Shown: positions 36,146-44,191 of the stretch, piece by piece
How positions within the stretch are numbered: the stretch's first letter is position 1
How the letters are laid out: every line of letters starts with the position of its first letter
NCBI GenBank assembly: GCA_041745215.1
Contig: JBGTJJ010000040.1
Span: 15,309 to 79,308 of the forward strand
Length of the DNA stretch: 64,000 nucleotides
Reading direction: 5' to 3'
DNA from: Rubrobacteraceae bacterium
Lineage (GTDB): Bacteria; Actinomycetota; Rubrobacteria; Rubrobacterales; Rubrobacteraceae
The notes under the pieces: model-generated
The model's database searches: none
What the model was told of the DNA's origin: nothing
The model's input: only the letters and a program-made list of their open reading frames with translations
Position numbers and translations under genes: made by a program

Positions 36146-36427
36146 TTAAGCTGCGGATGGCCCGTCGTTGGCGCCCCGAACTCTCGGCCCCGCGTGGGTT
36201 ACGAACCTACTGAGTACCCGTTCATCCAGACTGGACGTCACGATCCAACGTTCCCCGCACGAGCATCCGAATGACAATAGCCGCCGTCCGTCCTCTGGCT
36301 CTCGCATCACGGATTTTTTGAAAGATTTGAGACAACATAGGGGTAGTCCCCGGACGTAAGTCTCTTCCTCCGGTTCCTTCTCCGGGGCGAGGGTGGTATC
36401 CGCCCGCAATGCGCTCTTTTTCCTCAT
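36146..36427 (-). CDS. Cys-rich small protein (CC...CxC), paralog of the 36424..36618 product
   Basis: 93 aa from the ATG at 36427, with an ATGA overlap on the upstream ORF stop. Shares the pattern ET.Y....P.CC...ED...SF.C.SCG..W with its neighbour. Confidence 0.4.
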   Translation of the reverse strand: MRKKSALRADTTLAPEKEPEEETYVRGLPLCCLKSFKKSVMREPEDGRRLLSFGCSCGERWIVTSSLDERVLSRFVTHAGPRVRGANDGPSAA

Positions 36428-36618
36428 GCGGCTCCCTTTCGTTCCTCTTCCGTACGCTCCTCCGCAAAGGCGCACTCTTCCGGCTCCGCCGTCAACGCGG
36501 CCTGCCAAGCTGCTCCGCACGACAGGCACTCGAAGGAGTCTTCGGAGTTCCGGGCCTCGCGTTTGCAGCATCCCGGCATGTCCTGCTCGTAGAGCGTTTC
36601 TCCTCCGAGCGCCGCCAT
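36424..36618 (-). CDS. Cys-rich small protein (CC...CxxC)
   Basis: 64 aa from the ATG at 36618, 12 nt after the stop of the 186-aa gene. The track's longer start at 36663 overlaps that gene. Confidence 0.4.
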   Translation of the reverse strand: MAALGGETLYEQDMPGCCKREARNSEDSFECLSCGAAWQAALTAEPEECAFAEERTEEERKGAA

Positions 36619-36629
36619 CCAGAGTTTCA

Positions 36630-37190
36630 CTACGCCGCCTTCCCGGAGAGACGGCTGATCCACTCGCTCGCCTCCTCGCGGGTGAGCTCGTTTACCGGCT
36701 TGCCGACCATCTCTTCGAACTTGGTGACGCCGTCCTCTACCACGTCGGAGATGAGGACCTCCAGGTAGTTGAGTTGCTTGCGCGTTGCGGGCAATACCCC
36801 ACGGTCTTCTTCCCGCTCGGGGGCCGCGACCGGAGTCCTGGATTTCTCCGTACCCTCATCTTCCCCACCGAGCTCCTCAAGCGCCGTAACGCCGACGTTG
36901 ATCGCATCCCGCAGAGCCCGTGCCTTTGCCCTCGTCTCGGCCATCCGAATCAGGTGCGGCGCTATGGCCCGGCCCACGTTCTCGGGGCTCGCGTCCCCTA
37001 TACCGCTGAACTTCCCTTCCTCAGTCCGAACTACCGCCTTCACGATGGCGACCTCGCCGTTCCCGGCGTCCGGGATCTGCAACAACTCCGTCTCGATGCT
37101 CCGCAGGCCGCGTCCGTGGGCCTCTTCGAGAAGCCCCGCGTACAGCACGAACTTCCGGCCTCCACGCTCGATCATGTACTCTTCCCGCAC
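36630..37190 (-). CDS. hypothetical protein (conserved-looking; C-terminal DUF3072-like helix pair)
   Basis: 186 aa with a GTG start preceded by GAAGGAGG. Segments GIGDASPENV and RMAETRAKARALRDA. C-terminal ATRKQLNYLEVL...LTREEASEWISRL. No firm family. Confidence 0.55.
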   Translation of the reverse strand: MREEYMIERGGRKFVLYAGLLEEAHGRGLRSIETELLQIPDAGNGEVAIVKAVVRTEEGKFSGIGDASPENVGRAIAPHLIRMAETRAKARALRDAINVGVTALEELGGEDEGTEKSRTPVAAPEREEDRGVLPATRKQLNYLEVLISDVVEDGVTKFEEMVGKPVNELTREEASEWISRLSGKAA

Positions 37191-37275
37191 GGCTATGCCT
37201 CCTTCTGCGCCCTTGCGCTTATACCAATACTTCTACCCTCACTGAAATGAGTGAGACTGGAAACAAAATAAAACA

Positions 37276-37881
37276 TCAGGCGATCCTTCCGTAGGTATAC
37301 TGGCGTCCGCCGGGAGCGGCGGTCTCCACTTTTCGGTGGATCAAACCGAGCTTCGCCAGCCGGGTCGCCCGGTTGTTGCAGGCGGTGTGGTTGAGCCCCA
37401 GCTTTTTGGCGAGGTCCGCGTTCGTGATCGACCCGGCCTCCTGTATCGCCTGCAGAGTCTCGACCAGGTGCTCCGGCATATCTCCTACGAGACCGGGCTC
37501 GGTCCCGACGTCGTTGACCAATATCATCGCCAGCGAACGTTGCCTCAAGGAGGCCTCTACGTTCTCCAGAAGATCCCGGTCTTCCTCAACCAGCACCAGG
37601 CGACGCCCATCGTACTCTCCGCCCGCGACCCGTGACGCAAGTATCCCCAGCGCCTCGTCGGCGAACGAGTAGTCCATGAGCTCCGCGCTCCGGGTATCCA
37701 CGTACAGCACACCGCCATCCGGCAACCCGGAGAGAGTCTCTTCCAGCGCGGCCCGAACCTCGCGCCCCGCCTTGCGGGTCACCAGCAACCTACCGCCGAA
37801 CTCTCCTCCGGCGACCTCGAAGAGCCGCCAGGGGCGCTCCTCAACCACCGATTCTGTCCTCATTGTCTTCAGTGAGATCAT
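37276..37881 (-). CDS. STAS-like (DUF4325-type) domain plus C-terminal winged-HTH protein
   Basis: N-terminal part GRLLVTRKAGREVRAALEE...VLYVDTRSAELMDYSFADEALG. C-terminal part ITNADLAKKLGLNHTACNNRATRLAKLGLIHR. Confidence 0.6.
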   Translation of the reverse strand: MISLKTMRTESVVEERPWRLFEVAGGEFGGRLLVTRKAGREVRAALEETLSGLPDGGVLYVDTRSAELMDYSFADEALGILASRVAGGEYDGRRLVLVEEDRDLLENVEASLRQRSLAMILVNDVGTEPGLVGDMPEHLVETLQAIQEAGSITNADLAKKLGLNHTACNNRATRLAKLGLIHRKVETAAPGGRQYTYGRIA

Positions 37882-37944
37882 GTGAAAGGATTATACGACC
37901 TCTTCCGTCAGAAAACAACATCATGTTTGGAAGATATTTTGCCT

Positions 37945-38880
37945 TCATCCGGAAGTATTTTCTTGCGGCCTTCGGGGCAGGGAGACGCGGACGAAGGTGC
38001 CGGGGAATTCGGGGACGTTGCGGGAGTTCTTCCGGTTCTCGTATACGGTGACGCGCCCGGAGCCGCTGCGGAGTGAGAGCGAGCCTCCTGAACGGCCGGC
38101 GATCTGGGCGACGAGGGCGAGGCCGCCGCCGCGCCCGACTTCCCCAGTCCCCGATACGCCCATCGTCAGGGCCTGGCGCAGCGCGTCGTTGTCGGTGGTG
38201 GTGTGCTCGGCGAGAGCCGGGTTGCGGGAGAGAGTCTCGCGGACGCCGACCCCGCCATCGGCGATTGCCACGAGGACTTCTTCCCCCTGGCGTTCACCGG
38301 AACGGGCTCCGTGGCGGCCGCTAACGATGTGGTGGTAAGCCTGGACCGAGGCGTAAGCTCCAAACGAGGACGAGCCGTGTTCGGCGGCGTTGGCGCAGAT
38401 CTCCGAGAGCACCGAGCAGACGGCCACCCGCTCCCGAAGCCGGTAGCCCTGGTTTTCGAGGATCTCCGAGATGCGATTTATGATGCCCGGTATCTCTCCC
38501 TCGTCCTGAAAATTGACCAGCTCCTGAAGGGTTCCGGGGTTGTGCCGCTGGCGGGCTTCGAGGGATAGGATGTCCGCGTTCGTCTTAACCCGGTCGCCGA
38601 AGAGTCGGAAGAAGTTCATCCGCTCCAGGTAGGCCGGTACGTCGCGGCCGGAGAGGACGACGCCCACATCCTCGGAGCGTGGGATCAGGAACTCCAGCAA
38701 AGCGGCCAGCCCGCAGATGCCGGCGGGCTCGACGAACTCTACCTCCCGGAGATCCAGGACAACCGCCTCCCCGTCGAGTCTTTCGGCGGCCTCGAAAGCC
38801 GGGTCCAGGCTGCCCAAAGTCAACACCCCGCTCATCGTGCCCCGGCTCCTGACGTTCAGTTTGAGTTGCGTACGCATCAT
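37945..38880 (-). CDS. STAS domain fused to GHKL (HATPase_c-like) ATPase/kinase (anti-sigma-kinase-like)
   Basis: STAS-like N-terminus AVVLDLREVEFVEPAGICGLAALL. GHKL boxes EICANAAEHG (N), IADGGVGV (G1) and GRGGGLALV (G2). Confidence 0.7.
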   Translation of the reverse strand: MMRTQLKLNVRSRGTMSGVLTLGSLDPAFEAAERLDGEAVVLDLREVEFVEPAGICGLAALLEFLIPRSEDVGVVLSGRDVPAYLERMNFFRLFGDRVKTNADILSLEARQRHNPGTLQELVNFQDEGEIPGIINRISEILENQGYRLRERVAVCSVLSEICANAAEHGSSSFGAYASVQAYHHIVSGRHGARSGERQGEEVLVAIADGGVGVRETLSRNPALAEHTTTDNDALRQALTMGVSGTGEVGRGGGLALVAQIAGRSGGSLSLRSGSGRVTVYENRKNSRNVPEFPGTFVRVSLPRRPQENTSG

Positions 38881-38931
38881 AGTAATTGTAGTCGGCCCGA
38901 GGCGAAAAGACGCCGACCAACTGTCTTGGAT

Positions 38932-39420
38932 CTACCCTTCTCTCCGGCGCTCGTAGAAGAGTTCGGTGTAGCGGCGGTTGTCGTAGCGGCTGATAATAGA
39001 GCCGTCGCCCACCTCTTTGAATCCGCATTTCTCGAAGACCCGCTGCATGCGGTGGTTGTGGGAGAGAGTCGAGCCGCGGACCACCCGGAGGTCCAGGGCG
39101 TCGAAGACGTAGCCGGAGAGCAAGTCTACGGCCTCGCTCGCGTAGCCCCGTCCCCGGAGTGTCTCCGGGCCGATCTTTATCCCCAACTCGCATCCGTCGT
39201 AGCGGAAGTCGTAGAGGGTAGCCATGCCGATTGGCTCGCCTTCCGCCTCTATCATGAAAGTCTTCACGCTCGAGTCCTCCCATCGGGAGAGATAATCCCG
39301 GCGGGCGGCGGAGAGGGAGATCGAGATCGGGGCCCGCCCGTTCCAGGCGGCGAGCTCAGGGTCTTTGTCCCAGGCGTAGGCGGCCTCCACGTCCGCCTCC
39401 TGGGGAGGTCGTAGGGTCAC
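38932..39420 (-). CDS. GNAT-family N-acetyltransferase (RimJ/RimL-like)
   Basis: 162 aa; motif A region RGRGYASEAV and the HNHRMQRVFEKCGF pattern. Confidence 0.85.
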   Translation of the reverse strand: MTLRPPQEADVEAAYAWDKDPELAAWNGRAPISISLSAARRDYLSRWEDSSVKTFMIEAEGEPIGMATLYDFRYDGCELGIKIGPETLRGRGYASEAVDLLSGYVFDALDLRVVRGSTLSHNHRMQRVFEKCGFKEVGDGSIISRYDNRRYTELFYERRREG

Positions 39421-39681
39421 GGAATCACCGCATATTGTTTGAAGTTCTTCCGCGTAAATATCGGTTCCTCCTGTCTAGGACCTCTATATTACACATGCCC
39501 AAGCCCACGCGTCACAGCCAGGGCAAATCCCGGACTCCGGCAAAGAAAAAGGGCCGGTGTTTACAGAAGGGTGAGACCCTTTTCCGGCCCTTAGCGGTTC
39601 CCTAGACGAAACCGCTAGGATGATACAGAGATTATAAACACGGCCCGCCCACGACGCAAGTACGGACAACAAACTTTAATC

Positions 39682-39710
39682 TTTTTGTTGCCGCCGGCCG
39701 ATGCTATAAT
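39682..39710 (+). promoter_or_regulatory. candidate promoter for tRNA-Lys (perfect -10 TATAAT at 39705-39710; weak -35 TTTTTG with 17-nt spacer)
   Basis: Read in the sequence. The -10 hexamer ends 10 nt before the tRNA 5' end. Confidence 0.35.
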
Positions 39711-39720
39711 CCCGCTTCAC

Positions 39721-39793
39721 GGGCCGCTAGCTCAATTGGCAGAGCAAAAGACTCTTAATCTTTAGGTTCCAGGTTCGAGTCCTGGGCGGCTCA
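39721..39793 (+). tRNA. tRNA-Lys (anticodon CUU)
   Basis: Hand-folded 73-nt cloverleaf: acceptor GGGCCGC/GCGGCUC, D arm GCUC-AAUUGGCA-GAGC, anticodon arm AAAGA-CUCUUAA-UCUUU, T arm CCAGG-UUCGAGU-CCUGG, discriminator A. CCA is not encoded. Confidence 0.9.
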
Positions 39794-39798
39794 CTCTC

Positions 39799-40212
39799 TC
39801 ACCGTTCTCTAGGAACCACGGCCACCGTACAGCGCGAGACGCAGATAAGCTTATCTTCTTCGTCGGTTATGCGGATGTCCCAGACCATGATCTTGCGTCC
39901 TCTATGAAGCGGCGAGCCTACAGCGGTTACCGTGCCTTCACTCTTGCTCCGGACGTGATTGGCGTTTATCTCCAGCCCCATCGCAAGCTCTTTTTCCTCG
40001 TCTATGAGATTGAAAGTTCCGAGGCTCGCGACAGTCTCGGCCAGCACGACCGAAGCTCCGCCGTGCAGAACGCCGAAGGGTTGTTTCGTGGGTCCGTGTA
40101 CGGGCATTGTGGCGACGACCCGATCTTCCGAGACCTCGGCGATCTCTATCCCGATCGCCTCCATGATGGTGTTCTCCATGCTCGCGCGCGCCTGGCTCAT
40201 CCGCTCCTCCAC
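39799..40212 (-). CDS. PaaI/YbdB-family hotdog-fold thioesterase
   Basis: Pattern QPFGVLHGGASVVLAETVAS...; 137 aa. Confidence 0.85.
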   Translation of the reverse strand: MEERMSQARASMENTIMEAIGIEIAEVSEDRVVATMPVHGPTKQPFGVLHGGASVVLAETVASLGTFNLIDEEKELAMGLEINANHVRSKSEGTVTAVGSPLHRGRKIMVWDIRITDEEDKLICVSRCTVAVVPRER

Positions 40213-40344
40213 TTCCGGTTTTATCCGCAGCCTGCCCCGAGATCAGAAAGATATCACGCGCTTTTGCGCCCCACCGAGACATCCGTGCATCCAAAAGCGC
40301 ACAAAAAAAGACGAAGGAGTGCAGGCTCTCCTCCGTCCCTATCA

Positions 40345-40374
40345 GGAGCCTCGCGCCATAAAGGCGCAGGCTCC
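40345..40374 (-). terminator. GC-rich hairpin 22 nt downstream of the Met-rich protein gene
   Basis: GGAGCCTCGCGCC-ATAAA-GGCGCAGGCTCC (one bulge). The U-tract occurs only in the + sense, so this may be an I-shaped or bidirectional terminator. Confidence 0.4.
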
Positions 40375-40395
40375 TTTATTCTGCTTAGTTAGATA

Positions 40396-40731
40396 TTACC
40401 TGCGACGCAGAACCGCGTAGGTCAGGATGCCGGATCCCAGAAGCAGAGCAGCCGCCGGCAGAAGTATGGCCGGGCCACCGCTCTCCGGTAGGCCACTGGC
40501 GCCCATTCCGGCGGTGGTTTCGCCCATCATGGTGTCGCCACCCATCATGCCGGTGTCGCCGCCCATCATGGTGCTGCCACCCATCATACCGGTGTCGCCG
40601 CCCATCATGGTACTGCCGCCCATCATGCCGGTATCGCCGCCCATCATGGTGGTACCCTGCGCGAACGCGGCGGGCGCCATTAGCATTACGGCAACTAGAG
40701 CCGTGGCGACCAATAGAGTAAATCTCTTCAT
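40396..40731 (-). CDS. secreted Met/Gly-repeat protein with LPxSG-type C-terminal sorting signal
   Basis: Signal peptide ...APAAFA/QG. Three 13-aa repeats TMMGGDTGMMGGS. C-terminal LPESG, then hydrophobic AILLPAAALLLGSGILTYAVL, then RRR. Confidence 0.7.
   Translation of the reverse strand: MKRFTLLVATALVAVMLMAPAAFAQGTTMMGGDTGMMGGSTMMGGDTGMMGGSTMMGGDTGMMGGDTMMGETTAGMGASGLPESGGPAILLPAAALLLGSGILTYAVLRRR
40522..40650. repeat. 39-nt coding tandem repeat x3.3 (Met/Gly repeats)
   Basis: Read in both the DNA and the translation. The units are near-identical with synonymous differences. Confidence 0.85.
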
Positions 40732-40908
40732 ACAGTCCCTCCTTTTCTATGTTCTCGTTCTACAAGTGGCCTGCACTCGTCCTCATTTCGAGGAGTTGCC
40801 CGTAGTGTACATACTTCAGACGCAAAAGTCTCTATTATCTTAACAATTTTTCATAAAATTAATATTTACGCGAAGCCCTGATCTGGCGTGAAAGACACCG
40901 TGCCGGGC

Positions 40909-40994
40909 TGGCGGAAGGGGGGAGAGTCGAACTCCCAGAGGTTTTACCCTCGACGGTTTTCAAGACCGCGTGACACGCCGATGTCCGCCCTTCC
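40909..40994 (-). tRNA. tRNA-Ser (anticodon UGA), CCA encoded
   Basis: Hand-folded 86 nt: acceptor GGAAGGG/CCCUUCC, anticodon arm GCGGU-CUUGAAA-ACCGU, long variable arm GAGG-GUAAAA-CCUC, T arm GGGAG-UUCGACU-CUCCC, then GCCA. Position 8 reads C and the D arm is compact, which is atypical. Confidence 0.8.
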
Positions 40995-41117
40995 TTATCT
41001 GTTCATCAGGACATTATATTCGATCCCAAGTGGTGATTACACTGTGGAGGATCTCCTTTACTCGGGCCCTGCGCTAAGATGCCAACCACAATATCCCGAC
41101 CAGGATGGAGGAGAGCG

Positions 41118-41531
41118 ATGACCGAGAGCAGCGACGTAGCGAGAGAGAGGCAAGAGAGCGACAGGAGCGTGTTCGACAAGTTCGCCGGCCACGCGGCGGA
41201 GTTCGTGAGCAAGGCCCCGTTCTTCACCTTCTGTGTCCTGCTCATCGTGGTGTGGGCGCCGAGCTACTTTCTGGTGGGCAACTTCAACACCTACCAACTC
41301 CTCATAAACACCCCGACGACCATCATCACCTTCCTGTTGGTGGCGCTCTTGCAGAACACTCAGAAGCGGGGCGAGCAAGTCATGCAGCACAAGCTGAACG
41401 CCATCGCCGATGGCCTAGTAGATCTCATGGAGCATTTCGCCAGCGATGAGGAAGATAGGGCGGCCAGGGAGGACCTCGCCCACGACCTGGACGACCTCCG
41501 GGCGGCGGTAGGGCTCGAAAAAGAGATGTAG
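41118..41531 (+). CDS. low-affinity iron permease family protein
   Basis: Trimmed to the ATG at 41118. Pattern FDKFAGHAAEFVSKAPFFTFCVLLIVVW...YQLLINTPTTIITFLLVALLQNTQ. Confidence 0.7.
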   Translation: MTESSDVARERQESDRSVFDKFAGHAAEFVSKAPFFTFCVLLIVVWAPSYFLVGNFNTYQLLINTPTTIITFLLVALLQNTQKRGEQVMQHKLNAIADGLVDLMEHFASDEEDRAAREDLAHDLDDLRAAVGLEKEM

Positions 41532-41600
41532 ACACAGACCGCCCACGCCAATTTCAATGGCGTTTCGTACCCGTCCGCGAGTATTGCGCTGAAACGTAGC

Positions 41601-42248
41601 TCAGGTGGTCTCGTACTCGAATGCCGACGGGCAGATGTCGTTGAGAGAGCAGTTCGGGCAGTCGGGTTTGCGGGATTTGCAGATGCGGCGTCCGTGCAGG
41701 ATCAGGAGGTGCGAGAACACTGTCCGGTCTTTTTCCGGCACGAGCTCCAGCAGGTCCTTCTCTATCTTCTCGGGATCTTTGTTGCCGGAGAGACCGAGGC
41801 GGTTGGAGAGCCGTCGGACGTGAGTGTCCACGACGACGCCTTCGTTTACGTCGAACGCGTTGCCGAGCACCACGTTGGCGGTCTTGCGCCCCACACCGGG
41901 CAGCGCGACCAGCTCGGGCATGGTGCGGGGGACTTCTCCGCCGTGGTTTTCGACCAGGGCGCGGGCCATTCCCTGAAGGGAGCGGGCCTTGTTACGGTAG
42001 AAGCCGGTCGGCCGGATCCCCGCTTCGAGTTCCTCTGGGGCGGCGCCAGCGTAATCCTCCGCAGTACGGTATCGCTCGAACAGGTCCTCCGTCACCTGGT
42101 TGACCCGGACGTCGGTCGTCTGGGCGGAGAGGATCGTCGCCACCAGGAGTTCCAGCGGATTCGACCAGTTGAGCTCGGTCGTGGCACCAGGGTATTCGTC
42201 CTTCAGGCGCTCCAAGACTTCGTTTATCGGGGCGGGTTCGTCTGCCAT
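41601..42248 (-). CDS. nth: endonuclease III
   Basis: HhH-GPD motif LPGVGRKTANVVL, catalytic VDTHV and the 4Fe-4S cluster CKSRKPDCPNCSLNDIC. Confidence 0.9.
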   Translation of the reverse strand: MADEPAPINEVLERLKDEYPGATTELNWSNPLELLVATILSAQTTDVRVNQVTEDLFERYRTAEDYAGAAPEELEAGIRPTGFYRNKARSLQGMARALVENHGGEVPRTMPELVALPGVGRKTANVVLGNAFDVNEGVVVDTHVRRLSNRLGLSGNKDPEKIEKDLLELVPEKDRTVFSHLLILHGRRICKSRKPDCPNCSLNDICPSAFEYETT

Positions 42249-42360
42249 GGTGATTGGGGATTATACATTTGCCGGTACGCGCCGGAGGCTGCGGAGTAGC
42301 TTTCGGACTCCGTTTGCCAGTAAACTACCGCCGGAGAGGCACACAGAGAAGGGAGCTAGC

Positions 42361-43650
42361 ATGGCGGAAGTGAGTTTCGACTACAAAAACCTGATGGAGG
42401 TCGAGGGCGGCATCCAGGAAAGCGAGCTGGAAGATATACGGCCCAGGCTGGAAGAGGCCGCAAAGGAGTTGCTTGAGGGGGACCCCGGCTTCATGCAACT
42501 CCCGAAGACCGGCCGTTACGCCGAGGTATCCAAGGTGCTTGCCGAAGATATCCGCAACTCGGGGGCGACAGACTTCATTCACGCCGGCATCGGGGGATCG
42601 GCGTTGGGCCCTATGGCGGTACAAAAGGCGCTCAATCACCCTTATTACAACCAGCTAACGGACCGGGGCGGACCCAGGATACACTTCGCGGAGAACACGG
42701 ACCCCGCATCTCTAAGTGCGATCCTGGACGTCGCCGACCCGGAGAACACCTGGATAAACGCCGTGACCAAGAGCGGTTCGACCGCCGAGACGATGGCGAA
42801 CTTCCTCGTCGTCCGGGGCTTTCTGGAAAACGCGTTGGGCGATGGTTTCAGGGAGCATACGGTCTTTACCACGGACCCCGAAGAAGGGTTCTTGAACGAG
42901 ATCTCCGACCGCGACGATATAAAGACGCTCCCGATCCAGCAGAACGTCGGCGGTCGCTTTTCAGTCCTGACTCCGGTCGGACTGCTCCCTGCGGCCGTGG
43001 CCGGTATAGACGTCGACGCCTTGCTCGCCGGGGCAGCACAGTGTGTAGACGAGGTGAACGAGCAGGGCGCGGAGCATCCGGCGGTTCTCGGCGCGGCGAT
43101 GCACTACCTTATGGATACCGCCCGAGGCCGCAACGTGCGGGTAATGATGGCGTACGCGGACTCGCTGGAGCGGATCGCGGCCTGGTTCGTCCAGCTCTGG
43201 GCCGAGTCGCTGGGCAAGGACGGTAAGGGTTCGACGCCTCACGGGGCCGTCGGCACCACCGATCAGCACTCACAGGTCCAGCTTTATATGGAAGGCCCGC
43301 AGGACAAGGTGATCGAGATCGTGCAGGTAGAGAACCATCCGCGCGACCTGGATATCCCAAAGGCTTACGAGGACATCGAGGGCGTCGGCTACCTGGGCGG
43401 GCACACGATGGCCGAGCTTCTGAACGTCGAGTGCGACGCGACCCAGAAAGCGCTAACCGAAGCGGGAAGGCCGAACTGTGCGATCAAACTCGGAGACGTA
43501 AGCGCGGAGAACGTCGGCTACCTGTTCCAGGCTCTTGAGGTCCAGACCGCCATCTCCGGCTCGCTCTACGGGGTCAACGCCTTCAACCAGCCCGGCGTCG
43601 AGGCCGGTAAGAACATCACCTACGAGAAGATGGGAAGGCCCGGCTACTAA
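42361..43650 (+). CDS. pgi: glucose-6-phosphate isomerase (short bacterial type)
   Basis: Trimmed to the ATG at 42361. Motifs GIGGSALGP, TKSGSTAET and GGRFSVL. Confidence 0.85.
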   Translation: MAEVSFDYKNLMEVEGGIQESELEDIRPRLEEAAKELLEGDPGFMQLPKTGRYAEVSKVLAEDIRNSGATDFIHAGIGGSALGPMAVQKALNHPYYNQLTDRGGPRIHFAENTDPASLSAILDVADPENTWINAVTKSGSTAETMANFLVVRGFLENALGDGFREHTVFTTDPEEGFLNEISDRDDIKTLPIQQNVGGRFSVLTPVGLLPAAVAGIDVDALLAGAAQCVDEVNEQGAEHPAVLGAAMHYLMDTARGRNVRVMMAYADSLERIAAWFVQLWAESLGKDGKGSTPHGAVGTTDQHSQVQLYMEGPQDKVIEIVQVENHPRDLDIPKAYEDIEGVGYLGGHTMAELLNVECDATQKALTEAGRPNCAIKLGDVSAENVGYLFQALEVQTAISGSLYGVNAFNQPGVEAGKNITYEKMGRPGY

Positions 43651-44111
43651 TCCCCCGGGCCATAAGAGCCCATAACCTCTGAAACCCGTTCCAGGTAGCG
43701 GGCCACAACCCGGCGCTCGTCCGGCGAAAGCTCCTCGGCGACGGCGTCCAGGCCCGCTACCAGAGGCCGGATCACACCCAGCACCTCCTCGACCGCGTGC
43801 CGCGTGGGCTCCACCACCAGCCGACGCCGGTCCGTCGGATGCGGCCGCCGCTCTACGTGGCCCACCGCTTCGAGCCGGTCCACCAGTGCGGTAGCCGAAG
43901 CCGACCTCATACCCAGAAGGTTTCCCAACTCCGCGGGACCAAGCGGCCCTCCCTGGAGCAAGTGGTCCATCGCGGTCATATCGTTCACACCGAGCCCCAG
44001 CCGCCGCGCCAGCTCTCGCGTGATCTCCGCGTTGGCCCGCGTCACTTCGCGCAAGGCCCAAGACAACTCGTGGGCCTGGAGAGAATTTCCCTCTTGAATT
44101 TCTTCTTCCAT
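43647..44111 (-). CDS. MarR-family transcriptional regulator
   Basis: 154 aa; wHTH segment LGPAELGNLLGMRSASATALVDRLEAVGHVERRPHPTDRR. Confidence 0.85.
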   Translation of the reverse strand: MEEEIQEGNSLQAHELSWALREVTRANAEITRELARRLGLGVNDMTAMDHLLQGGPLGPAELGNLLGMRSASATALVDRLEAVGHVERRPHPTDRRRLVVEPTRHAVEEVLGVIRPLVAGLDAVAEELSPDERRVVARYLERVSEVMGSYGPGD

Positions 44112-44134
44112 ACCGTAATATTAGCACGTCTAGT

Positions 44135-44159
44135 AATTAGATAGTCTAGCTATTTAATT
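44135..44159. promoter_or_regulatory. imperfect inverted repeat AATTAGATAG-TCTAG-CTATTTAATT (candidate MarR operator)
   Basis: Arms match 9/10. Located in the AT-rich divergent region between the MarR gene and the ABC transporter genes. Confidence 0.35.
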
Positions 44160-44191
44160 GCGGTCAAGAGCCGAAAGTAGTGTGAGAGGAG

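Noticed and set aside
38585-39283. 232-aa minus-strand ORF bridging the GNAT and STAS-GHKL genes
   Set aside because: It is off-frame relative to two genes with clear motifs and is Arg/Gly/Pro-rich.
40522-40650. Tandem DNA repeats as a CRISPR-like array
   Set aside because: The repeats are contiguous with no spacers, in frame, and encode the Met/Gly protein repeats.
39721-40994. tRNA-Lys to tRNA-Ser interval as an integrated genomic island
   Set aside because: There is no integrase, I found no direct repeat of a tRNA 3' end, and the interval holds only two ordinary-sized genes.
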